Of a stretch of 64,000 nt of DNA, positions 1-10,600 are shown in pieces. Position 1 is the stretch's first letter, and every line of letters begins with the position of its first letter. The position numbers were made by a program, and so were the translations under genes. This stretch comes from Trichosphaerium sp. ATCC 40318 (Eukaryota; Protista; Tubulinea): positions 62,001 through 126,000 of the forward strand of contig JALMLS010000074.1 of the NCBI GenBank assembly GCA_038496445.1, read 5' to 3'. Under the pieces are notes generated by a model. That model made no database searches. It had not been told where the DNA came from and saw only the letters and a list, made by a program, of their open reading frames with translations.

Positions 1-1
1 G

Positions 2-373
2 AGAGACCAGTATATGAGAACAGGAACAGGGTTTATACTTACTTACGACATCACGAACTCACACTCCCTTGATGAGCTCCATCAGTTCAAGAATCAGATC
101 ATAAGGGTTAAAGACGACGATAATGTGCCTATGGTACTTGTTGGAAATAAAGCTGACCTTGAAGACAAACGACAAGTCTCAACAAGTCAAGGCGAAGCAA
201 GAGCAAGAGAATTTCGCTGTCCTTTTTTTGAAGCGTCAGCGATGACTCGGATGAACGTTGAAGAATCATTTTTTGAACTTGTTAGGTTAATACGTAAAAG
301 GACTGTACCTGAGAAGAAGGGGAAGAAATCAAAAAAGGATAAGAAGGGAAGGAAGAAGTGTAGTATTCTCTGA
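2..373 (+). CDS. Ras/Rap-family small GTPase, 3' part (5' end outside window)
   Basis: RDQYMRTG-GF (switch II), VLVGNKADL (G4), FFEASA (G5), polybasic tail and CaaX motif CSIL. Confidence 0.95.
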   Translation, partial: RDQYMRTGTGFILTYDITNSHSLDELHQFKNQIIRVKDDDNVPMVLVGNKADLEDKRQVSTSQGEARAREFRCPFFEASAMTRMNVEESFFELVRLIRKRTVPEKKGKKSKKDKKGRKKCSIL

Positions 374-973
374 AACAAAAAAAACGGTTAAAAAAACCAC
401 TTGTAAATAACAAAGAAATACCAGCGTAGCAGTGTACCTATATACATAATACCAATCAAAGAACCGCTAAAAATAATAAATTAAATTATAAACCAGATCA
501 ATGTGATGTAAAAATACTCACTGAGAAAAAAAAGTTTTTTTGTTGCTGTGATTAAACAAGTATCGAAAAACAATTCTAGTTTGAAGTCAGTACTACAAGG
601 CTTTAGATATTTTCGGACCAAATTAGTGCTCAATCCAAACCTTGCACGTGATTTGGACCCGTCCGACTCAGTTTATTAAGTTAAGCACTAACCCGGGTCT
701 CTACGACTAAGCTGCGTTCTCAAATGTCGAGTAATAAGACGTTTATGGTTGCAACTAGCCATCAACAAATGTAATACTTAGATTAGTCTGGTTGGCAAGA
801 CCGCAGATTTGGATGAGAACCTGTACCATCTACGGCTTGACATTCTGGACTCGTGACGTATAACAATACAAATAAAAACTAAAAAACTGTATTCTGCCAT
901 TTTTTAGAACTTGTACACTCAGAGGTTAATCCTTACAACAATTTTAAACCTTGAACTAGCTGTACTAATTTAT

Positions 974-2727
974 CTATTTCTTTGCAATACCACCCTTTTT
1001 CAAAGGCATGTACTTCTTCATTTCAGTCACTTCACGTTCCATCCACTAAACAAGAAGAAATATTAAAACACATAAAACGAAAATAAAATATTGTTTCAGG
1101 TTATCAGGTACTGTAAACACAAGCTTGTGCTTTTTGCAAAAAAAAGCGTATATATACAACTAAGAAGCAATATGGAAACTTACCCAGATATTACCAGCAC
1201 CTGCTCCAGCGTCTTTGAGCTCTTGGAATTTTACCTAAAAATCACGTCAGGCAAAAACAGCGGGATTTGATATTTCAAGGATTCCTCACCTCAGCCTCTT
1301 TGAATTTTTCTTGAGCTTCATCTACAGCCGCATCAGCGGCTACAGCAGCAGCGTCAGCAGCTTCACGAGCAGCAATTGCTTTAGCGTGAGCGACTTCAAA
1401 TGGTTCTTTGGCTTTCTCGGCACGTTTTCTTGCAGCCTCAGTTGTGATCTTGGCTGTACGGAGTGGTAGTGGATCCTCTGTTATAATGGTAAGACAAAGG
1501 GCCATGTACAATTGTAGTTAACTAACAAGAAATACGTACCAGCAAGGAGTTGAGCCAAGTCAGCTTTTGCTCTGCCTCTCGAAACGACACCTCCTTCTTC
1601 GGATTTTTTTTTGAGAGCCTCTTTCTTGTTATTGTACGCATCTTCTTGTGCCTATCAGTACGGATTAGTTGTATGTACCAATAAATAAAGTATATTGTGC
1701 CTGTAGCTCAGCTAATGCAGTGGCGAGTTCAGCTTCAGCAGCTCTAAATGGAGCAGCGGCTTCATCAGCTTCTTTTTCTTTTTGCTAGAAATGTGCGTTT
1801 TAGACTAACGTTGATACAAGGCGCGTGTACCTTTGCCTCATCAGCTCTAGCTTTTGCTTCTTGAGCCTTTGACTGAGCTTCTTCAACAAGTCTTTGTACA
1901 GCTGCCAACATCTCTTCAGCTTTACGTAGTTGTTCAGGATCACCCTTGGAAGAATAAATACAAAACTTATAAACAATAGAGTTACCTTTGGACGAGCAAC
2001 AAAGTCTGTAACTGATTTGTCAAACTTCCATAGACAGTACTCTAAACCAACATGTTAGTTAACGAGACCTTTAAACCGAATAACTACTTACCCAAGAGAG
2101 CAATACGTTTGTTAAAATCCAAATCAGCTTCAGAAAGAGCGACTCTCATTTCTTTTACAGTCATTGTTTCGCCTAGAAAAAAAGGGTTAAAAACGGATTT
2201 TGTCGCTTCACTGTTTTGCATTTATTTAACGTACTAAGGCTTTCCAAAAAACGATGGGCGGTAAATTCATCGACATCACACCTACAAAAAACGGGGTTAA
2301 AACAGAAAAGAGTTTCGTAGTTTTCGAAGGAGAAAAAACTGTTGTGAGTTCTTTACCCTTCTTTTTCCTTCTCAATGTCAAGCTCAATGAACTAACAAGG
2401 TTACTACATAACAGACAAAACTTCGGTGTTACCTTGTGTGTCCAGTTCCAAACATCTTCAGCTTGACCTAAACTTGAGTTTAACAACGTTTCGCGCACGT
2501 GAAACAGCTAAAAAAAGAAAACAGTTTGATTCTTTGTCGTACCTTCAGCTTCTTTCCAATAAGCATTCAAAAACGCCTAAATAACACGTGATTAATACTA
2601 TTAAAGCAACAGAAAGCGAGTTAACGCTAAACTAACGAAGTATGTTTTTAGTGGTACTTGTACTAACCTTGGCTTGCTCAGCGTAACATTTGGAAGTAAA
2701 CTCTCTAAACTGCGATTGAAGGGACAT
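974..2727 (-). CDS. Calcium-regulated 34-kDa actin-bundling protein family (Dictyostelium AbpB-like), with Ala/Glu/Lys coiled-coil insert; about 12 exons
   Basis: Manual splicing gives MSLQSQFREFTSKCYAEQAKAFLNAYWKE..., EF-hand-like DLDFNKRIALLEY, LAQLLAEDPLPLRTAKITTEAA and GAGNIWWMEREVTEMKKYMPLKKGGIAKK*. FLNAYW and G-x-IWWM-x-R match the family from memory. Confidence 0.85.
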
Positions 2728-2914
2728 TTTGCTTTTGCACAAAAACCGTCGCTAAGAACGAAACTTCGCTTAACTCACCGGCTTAAGCGCTGCGAAAAAA
2801 TATAGTTATTTTGTACGCACGAGCCAAACAAAGGCCATTTGAAACGTTTTTAACGGTTCAAAGAAATCACTATATTTAGCACGTTTGGCACTACCAACAC
2901 ATCACCCTTACAAG

Positions 2915-4140
2915 ATGGATATACCTGAGATTGTAGCCGAAATATTGTCATACTGCGTTGATTTAGTTGATTACGCTAATTGGAGCCTTGTTTGTCATCA
3001 ATGGCGCTATTTCGTTTCTTGCAATGTAGAAGCATTCTGTAGAAAGCAATATGCAGTACCTATAGACTCAAATACGCTAAATCAATTACCTAACGATGTA
3101 GTACGTAATATTATTCTTATTCGCTGCTGTTACACCCTTTAGATGCGATGAAAACAGTATTCGAGCTTTATTTCGCTGTAATAACCTATTTTTAATAGAA
3201 TCCATGGATGCACATCTTCAAGTGCTTATTTCGTTCAAAATTCCTTATCTGTTACAACAAATATGTTGGTGGAGTTTATTCAGTACATTTAGCTTTGCAA
3301 AACTTGGGTTTCAGGCGAGTAAACTTATGAAAAATAAGTGAATTAGATTATCTCATTTTTTCATGAAGAAACGTGGATGTGTTTCACCAAGATATGCTTA
3401 AAAAACACACCATATTAGCTTCAAAAAAGAAAAAAGAGTTACGTAAAAGAGTAAGAGGCTATGATGCCATTGTTTTCTCCACAAATCATGTATGGACAAA
3501 AGGCACGTGATTTTTCAATAAATATGTTGTGATGTTTGTTTTAGGTCGTGATCTATGGGGAGATGTTTTTAAAGAGCTCATAGATGATGGCGTGGGCGTT
3601 ATTCAGCTTGTGTTTTCAATCAACTCAGGTTCTGAAAACTTTGGTAAGAGTGAAACACGTTTTTATGTGGCTATTAAATTTCTTGAAAAGGTGGTGCCTG
3701 GAAAAAAGCTGGAGTGAGTGCAATAGTTCCAAGACAGTTTAAAGAATCATCTTTTTCCGAAGCACCAACACAAAGATGCATGTAAGATTTAGGCTAAACA
3801 GAAGGAAAAAAGTTGTTCTGTAAAGTTAACTTTGCAACTTAGGTCTCTCAGGATTGAAAACAAAGAATCAGATCATTTTATATTTAATGGTATAGACGAT
3901 TTGGAGTCTATGCAAGGATACAAAAGTACAGGTACACCTCATCCTGAAGGAAAGGTATTGGCAACTTTTGAGGAGGTGGAGGAAGAAGATCATATTCTTC
4001 CTTGTATTGTTGAACTCAACAAGTTTAAAGGAAAATCAATGGCTATCAACTGCTATATGCCAACAGTCTCTACAGGAGTAGGATTGAAGTTACTTGCTAA
4101 TTCGTTACTGTATTGTGCAAAGGCTTCTTCAAGCTCCTAG
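2915..4140 (+). CDS. F-box protein with C-terminal alpha/beta (class I glutamine amidotransferase-like) domain, copy 1; 6 exons
   Basis: MDIPEIVAEILSY...WSLVCHQWR F-box. Intron 3101-3198 joins to NPWMHIFK, then YDAIVFS...LWGDVFKELIDDGVGVIQLVF...GGAW...LLANSLLY. Fold call is inference. Confidence 0.75.
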
Positions 4141-4695
4141 ACAATACATACCAAAACCCTACAAAGTAACTAAAACATAAAAAAAACCTTCTGTATCAAA
4201 TCTAAAGGAGCTTTGTATTAATATTTTACTTTTGGCAATTTGGTCACTTGTTAGAAAGCCAATACACTTATTACCGATGAATACGTAATTCTTACTTTAT
4301 CCAATAATGGCAAAAGTGGTTATAGTGGTCTAGACAAGGTTCAGTAAAATAGTGAGAATCAAAAACTGCTATAAAGTTCCTTTTTGAGTCAAAACCAGCT
4401 GACCATCTAATGTTGTATGTACATACAATAGTCTCACCCAATTGTATGCACTGTTGTTATACATCAAGAAATACACGCTCAAGAATAATAGTTTAAACAT
4501 TGTAAAGCAGCTACGATTTTGTTGCTGAGTTTCGAAGCTGTATGTTTCGCGGCTGCAATTTTTAAAGCCAGCCGAGACCGTACCACGACCGCCTCTAGCC
4601 AAACGTGGTTCCAGTTTCAAAGACCCTTAAGTAAACAGTACGTAGTTTTTCACTAAACTACCAGAAGTTGTTGCCAACACATCACCCGTAAAAGG

Positions 4696-5924
4696 ATGGA
4701 TATACCAGAGATTGTAGCCGAAATATTATCATACTGCGTTGATTTAGTTGATTACGCTAATTGGAGCCTTGTTTGTAATCAATGGCGCTATTTCGTTTCT
4801 TGCAACGTAGAAGCATTCTGTAGAAAGCAATATGCAGTACCTATAGACTCAAATACGCTAAATCAATTACCTAACGATGTAGTACGTAATATTATTCTTA
4901 TTCGCCGCTGTTACACCTTTAGATGCGATAAAAACAGTAGCCAGGCTTTATTCGCTGCAAATAACCTATTTTTAATAGAATCCATGGATGCACATCTTCA
5001 AGTGCTTATTTCGTTCAAAATTCCTTATCTGTTACAACAAAAATGTTGGTGGAGTTTATTTAGTACATTTAGCTTTGCAAAAGTTAGGCGTCAGGTGAAG
5101 AAACTCGAACAGCTTTCTTGAGTCTAATTTTTTGTTTTAGGAACGTCGATATATTACACGAACAGATGCTCAAAAACAAAGAAGACAAAGGAGAGTTACG
5201 CACAAGATTAAGAGGCTATGATGCCATTATTTTCTCTACTAATCATGTATGGACAAAAGGCACGTGATTTTTCAATAAATATGTTGTGATGTTTGTTTAG
5301 GTCGTGATCTATGGGGAGATGTTTTTAAAGAGCTCATAGATGATGGTGTGGGTGTTATTCAGCTTGTGTTTTCAATCTGCTCAGGTTCTGAAAACTTTGG
5401 TAAGCGTGAAACACGTTTTTATGTTGTTTTATAAATACCAAAAAAATAATCTTACCCTTTGATTCATTGGATGTTAAAGGTGGTGCCTGGGAAAAAGCTG
5501 GAGTGAGTGCAATAGTTCCAAGACAGTTTAAAGAATCATCTCAAACACAACGACATGAGTAAGCACTAACGATACTAAACTTTTTAGTTGCCACACGACT
5601 GGTGTAAAGTTAACTTTGTGATATAGGTCTCTCAAGATTGAAAACAAAGAATCAGATCATTTTATATTTAATGGCACAGATGATTTGACGTACATGGAAG
5701 GATTCATAAGTACAGGTACACCTCATCCTGAAGGAAAGGTATTGGCAACTTTTGAGGAGGTGGAGAAAGAAGATCATATTCTTCCTTGTATTGTTGAACT
5801 CAACAAGTTTAAAGGAAAATCAATGGCTATCAACTGCTATGTACCAACAGTCTCTACAGCAGAAGGATCGAAGTTACTTGCTAATTCGTTACTGTATTGT
5901 GCAAAGGCTTCTTCAAGCTCCTAG
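4696..5924 (+). CDS. F-box protein, tandem paralogue (copy 2)
   Basis: Same exon structure and largely identical sequence to 2915-4140. Confidence 0.75.
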
Positions 5925-6540
5925 ACAATACATACCAAAACCCTACAAAGTAACTAAAACATAAAAAACCCTTCTGTATCATAAAGAACCAATGAGCTAG
6001 AAAGTGCTTGCTCTAGTTCTTACGAAACCCGCTGTTTAATACCTACTAACAAGCCTAATTTACTATGTTACTGATTCTACAAACATGTGGAACACAGCGA
6101 TTATGTATGCCGAGCTAGCTCAGCAAAAATGTAAATTCTTTCATATGAACCAAACTTGTCTAAAACTACGAGTTTGTGTTGCACAAAAAAAAGTGCAAAA
6201 CCACGTGTAAGATATTAGTCATAAACAAAGAAATCTTTAAGAAACTCAAGCTTTTGAATCACAGCGCCTGGCAGCAACAGTTTTCCTTTAAAAGCTTGTA
6301 AAAGAAGGTATATTGTTTTGTCCCATTACGTGTATTTTGTAATCTGCACGGAACATTTTTCGCTGTTTTTGGCCAACAATTGAATCCTACGAGAGTACTA
6401 TAGAACTGTAACCCTTTGTGCTAAAACACGTAATCTAGCGATGTCATTCGATACAACACGGTTGTAATCGAACAAACATAAAATCAAGCTCAATGATCTT
6501 TGTACTATTCGAGTATAACAAGAGTAGCCCTTTCCGCGCA

Positions 6541-6683
6541 TTTGTCCGCCAACCTCACCGATATAATGTGTGACAAAATCACGTGATAGAAAAACTGACG
6601 TCAGAAAACTGATAGTTTGTATATCAGTTTATCTCGCTGTAGTGACTGCTACAGGAGGTTTGCGGTGAAAATAATTGTCCGCC
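6541..6683. promoter_or_regulatory. Palindrome-rich upstream element cluster (E-box, CRE-like)
   Basis: atcacgtgat 6578-6587, ctgacgtcag 6595-6604, aaactgata/tatcagttt inverted pair, TGTCCGCC twice, all just upstream of ATG 6761. Confidence 0.5.
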
Positions 6684-6760
6684 CATTGAATTGACACGAA
6701 TTCATTCTTTTTTGTCATAACCTCAAACCAAAAGCGTCAGATTAATCAACACAACACCTC

Positions 6761-7186
6761 ATGTCCACTGAAACATTCAAACCAATACCTACAACAATGC
6801 GCGAGCGCGTTATCCTTGGCGTACGGGAATATTTCCTTAAGGCTTCGCGAGCAAAGACATTTGAAGCGTTGATGGAAGCTCTTCATTTTATCTACACAAA
6901 GGAGCATTCATTCACGTTTTACATCAACGGATCTTCGAAACATGAGTACAAGAACCTCAAGGAGTGGGCTGATACTGTAGATGATAAGATGAAGTCCACG
7001 TATGTTGAAGGAGTTTACATTCTTGGAGACATGAATTTTTGTGAAGAAACAATGACATTGAAGTACATCATCTATCAGTATAAAGGAGGACAGGTTGCAA
7101 CCTCTGACTATGTTGTTGCCAAGATTGAAATTGAAGATGGTCAAGTGTGCTACAAGCACTGTGATATCTACTATGACTTTATTTAA
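6761..7186 (+). CDS. Intronless 141-aa hypothetical protein, possibly NTF2/SnoaL-like fold
   Basis: Clean ORF with CA-rich leader and AT-rich 3' end; helix-helix followed by beta-strand pattern ending IEIEDGQVCYKHCDIY (fold is inference). Confidence 0.7.
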   Translation: MSTETFKPIPTTMRERVILGVREYFLKASRAKTFEALMEALHFIYTKEHSFTFYINGSSKHEYKNLKEWADTVDDKMKSTYVEGVYILGDMNFCEETMTLKYIIYQYKGGQVATSDYVVAKIEIEDGQVCYKHCDIYYDFI

Positions 7187-7622
7187 TCAAACAATAAATA
7201 TCTCCAATCAAAAATAAATTAAAATTAACACTTGTGACAACCCAGATAGTCTACAACTAATAACCGATCTCAGAAACGAGTGTAATAAGATTGATATTTG
7301 CCTATGAACAACTCATTTGTATGTGTAATGTAACATTCTGCCATGAACATTTTGAGGTGAAGCTTTTGCTGTATGTTAAATACGTTTGTTGTTTTGTTGA
7401 CACGACAAAATTTTACGCGAAAGTACTGTAAGCACGACTCCATTAAGTGTCAATCAAAAAACGTTACAAAATGTGACTGCGTGTACTCTCACTGCTATTG
7501 CTTTCAGAGCTTTGCCATATTATTCAATCATTTGGGTGGATCCATAACATAATTGTTTTTGCAAGTCAGTTCAGTATTCTTGTAATACAATCATTTTTTT
7601 TTATTTGAAAAAAAAAATCTTT

Positions 7623-10600
7623 TTAGTAGAGTTCTGCTTTTCTCTTTAGATTCAAGCGCTTCCATTTAGGTATTGCGTTGAACTTTTCCCTATCCATACC
7701 AAATACTTTAACAAACTCTTCATCTGTCAAATGAATCTTAAAGAAATGAGTTAAAAGACAGGTATCACGTGCTAAGTGAAAAGAAAAACAAGAATTGCCA
7801 ACAGAGGATTTCTGCTTTTTTTCTTGGTGTTTTGTTTAAATCTACTCGGTTAGGTACCTCAAGCTGAGTCTTATCACATTCTTTAGGAGGGTTCTTTTTA
7901 AGTATTGCATAAGGTACTTTCTTGTTGTATACTTCAAGTGCTGCGTCCAAGTCTTCAACTTGTTGCTCTTCATCATCCACAATCTAAAATAAATTAACAA
8001 GACAACTTTAAAGATATCAAAAATATTCTGTAGTATACTACCCCCCTCCACCTTCTTCTCGGGAGGTAGGAATAAAATGAAAAAATGATATCATTCAGAA
8101 GCTTAGTATTATAACCAAGCATTTGAAGATAACTTGAGCGCTTTACAGAAGAAACAAGGAGTTGATTTCATGGTCTCAGAAAAGTACGTACTTGTCCTTC
8201 CCAAGCATGGAAACATGCACGGAACTCAGCTGGCTCCTTACGTCCTTTGACAACGAGAACTTTAACTGTTATTTTCCTTTCAACAGAAACAAGTTTTCTG
8301 TACTCCTTAGCAATCGCCAAAGCCTTGAAGAAGAATAAGGAAACACAACCAAATACAAAACAAAAAAAACCAATCCAAAATTTCGCATCCTTTCGTACCT
8401 TCTTTTTCTTACTCTCCTCAGCTTGTGGTCCTGCCCAGCAGAATATCTTAGCGCCAGCATCAAGAATATACACTTCTTTATCTTGTAAATCATCTGGGTA
8501 GTAATCCAGAATTTCATACGCCTTTACAAACAGTAAGCACTACTTTGGAAAAAAAAAAGTTTTGTGGAGTTTCTCATCAAATTCTACGAAGTTGAACTTC
8601 GCCTGGAACTGGTTTTTTTTTTCTCTTCGTACCCCGAATACACCTCGTTGAGATTTTGTAATAGTGCACTGGAATAGACGCAATACAACACTGTCGTAAT
8701 CCTTCAAAAAGTCGCCATTTGCGTATTTTGATTTACCACCAAGACAAGACCAAAATTCTGCCGGTTCTTCGCCTTCCATAACTTGGATCATGGCATCTAC
8801 GGTCTAAAAGATATAAGACAGAGGTAAAACAAACCAAACTTTGAAAAAAAACAAAAGCTGGAGCCAAAGACACAACCGGTTATTTCAAACGGAGTGGATA
8901 CATACCCTTCCACGTGATTCATCGTAGTCAGCAATACTCTCGCCAAGTTCATTGGTAATACCAATTCGATAAACATTTGATGCAGTACCATACCAAGCGT
9001 ATTGTTCACCAGTAGAAGTACAAACAATGAAAGAATCTCTTGAATTCAAACGAGCACATGACTTGAAAATAGAAATAAGAAAAAAATAACCTCAAGTTAA
9101 GTTTGTAGAATACTTACGGCTGACTCTGTTTGATATGCATATGGAGGTAAGTACTTTGTACCTCTGATATGGTACATTCTTGTTGCTGGAATCGGATCTT
9201 TACTTGTACCCTTTGGAGAAGAAAAAAGTGAGAAAGTAAAGAACGAGTGCTATTGGATTTACCAAGTGTATTGTGTAGTGTCCTTTGAAACAAACCAAGA
9301 ACTGCATTGATTCTTTGTTTTGAAACAAAACTTCCTTTGCAAAATATGAGTGTCGGCACATGGAATAGAGACGTACTTGAGTTGTGAAAGACATTTTTTG
9401 GTATCTTTTTGCGATAACTTTTGTTCTTTGAACAGCGAATCCACTGAACAAGAAAGAGTTAGTGCAAGTACTATCGGCTTATGCTTGCTAAAATTTCTTA
9501 CCGTTGTATCCTTGGTGAATGCATACCATGCCATGTCCATACAAGATACCTTTTTAACTGTTAGAAAAGTCGTACTTGATTTAGTTGAGCACGTGCCGAA
9601 TTTCATCGTTCTAAAAATAGAGTAAGATTCGTCATTTCATTAGAAAAAATTGGTTCAAAAAACAAAGAACTTTTGTCGAGTTTGGCTTGAATTCATTCAG
9701 GTAGGGTTTTAACGTACGTTTTTATATTGAAAGACAAGAATATATGATTCTCCTATGCAGGCATTAGAAACAATCGACTTTTTGGTAAATAGTATGTACT
9801 CACCGCTGAAGAAATGACCAAATTCAGCAGTTGTTACTTCGTCGAATTCCATTCCAAGTATACGGTACATAGTGAACTCACCTTCACCATCAGGCCTTAC
9901 TAATTCTTCTTCTTGCCTTTAGAGGTGTGAGTGTATATTCAAATGAGTGTTAAAGACATTAACGAACCTTGTTTGATCAAGCATTTCTTTGACTTCGAAC
10001 TTGGCAGGTTTCTTGGACTTGCTAACGCCTCCTCGGCCCATACCTCTCAGTGTACCCAAAGCTACACCTCTAGACTTGTTCAAGCCTCCCATTGTTCCAT
10101 TTTTGACGTTCTTCATTTGAGAAAGATCAGGCCAATTCCAGAACTAGATCGGTGTAAGTCAAAAAAATACAATAATATTCACAAATAAAAAAAGTAACGT
10201 ACCTTCTCACGGAATAACAAAGGTTCACCTCCCTAAATTCGATTAATATAAATTGTAATGATGTGTCAATTGACGTACCTGAGATACACGTATAACCTTA
10301 ACCCACTTTGGTCTGGTCTCAGTTTCCAGAATTTTCTAAAACTTGTCATGCCGAGAACGTTATGCAAAAAAAAAGTACCTGAGCACCCAAAGCTAAAGCT
10401 GTTCGCACTTGCTCTGAAATTTGCCTAGAAATAGTAAGCAAACATGTGCAAAAATAAAGATAGACATACTTTCCGCTCCAAGTGTATACTTCATTACCAA
10501 AATCAAGGATATAACCACCGTCAGGTTTTAACATCTCCATGAGTAGTTTACCCTTTAGAAGAAAAAAATAAGAAAAACAACTAGTATTTTTGTTGCTGGG

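Larger units (their letters stand above)
2894..5981 (+). repeat. Direct tandem duplication, about 1.3-kb units (about 2894-4198 and 4674-5981)
   Basis: Similarity starts at ccaacacatcacc and runs through the 3' UTR to cttctgtatca in both units. Confidence 0.9.

Noticed and set aside
2170-2240. Idea that introns are excised one base upstream (NGT...A|G), since that would give the expected FLESLGET instead of FLESLSET
   Set aside because: The same shift at the NDUFS4 junction tac|gtatgt...caag|ggt creates a TAG stop; a simple Gly>Ser substitution is more parsimonious
3101-3198. Apparent frameshift/stop in F-box copy 1 versus the longer ORF in copy 2 (pseudogene?)
   Set aside because: The extra base lies in a GT-AG intron; both copies splice in frame to NPWMHIFK
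7984-8191. Possible hidden exon or non-canonical splice around the G/C-rich patch at 8040-8065
   Set aside because: A single phase-0 GT-AG intron joins AWEGQ to IVDDEE cleanly
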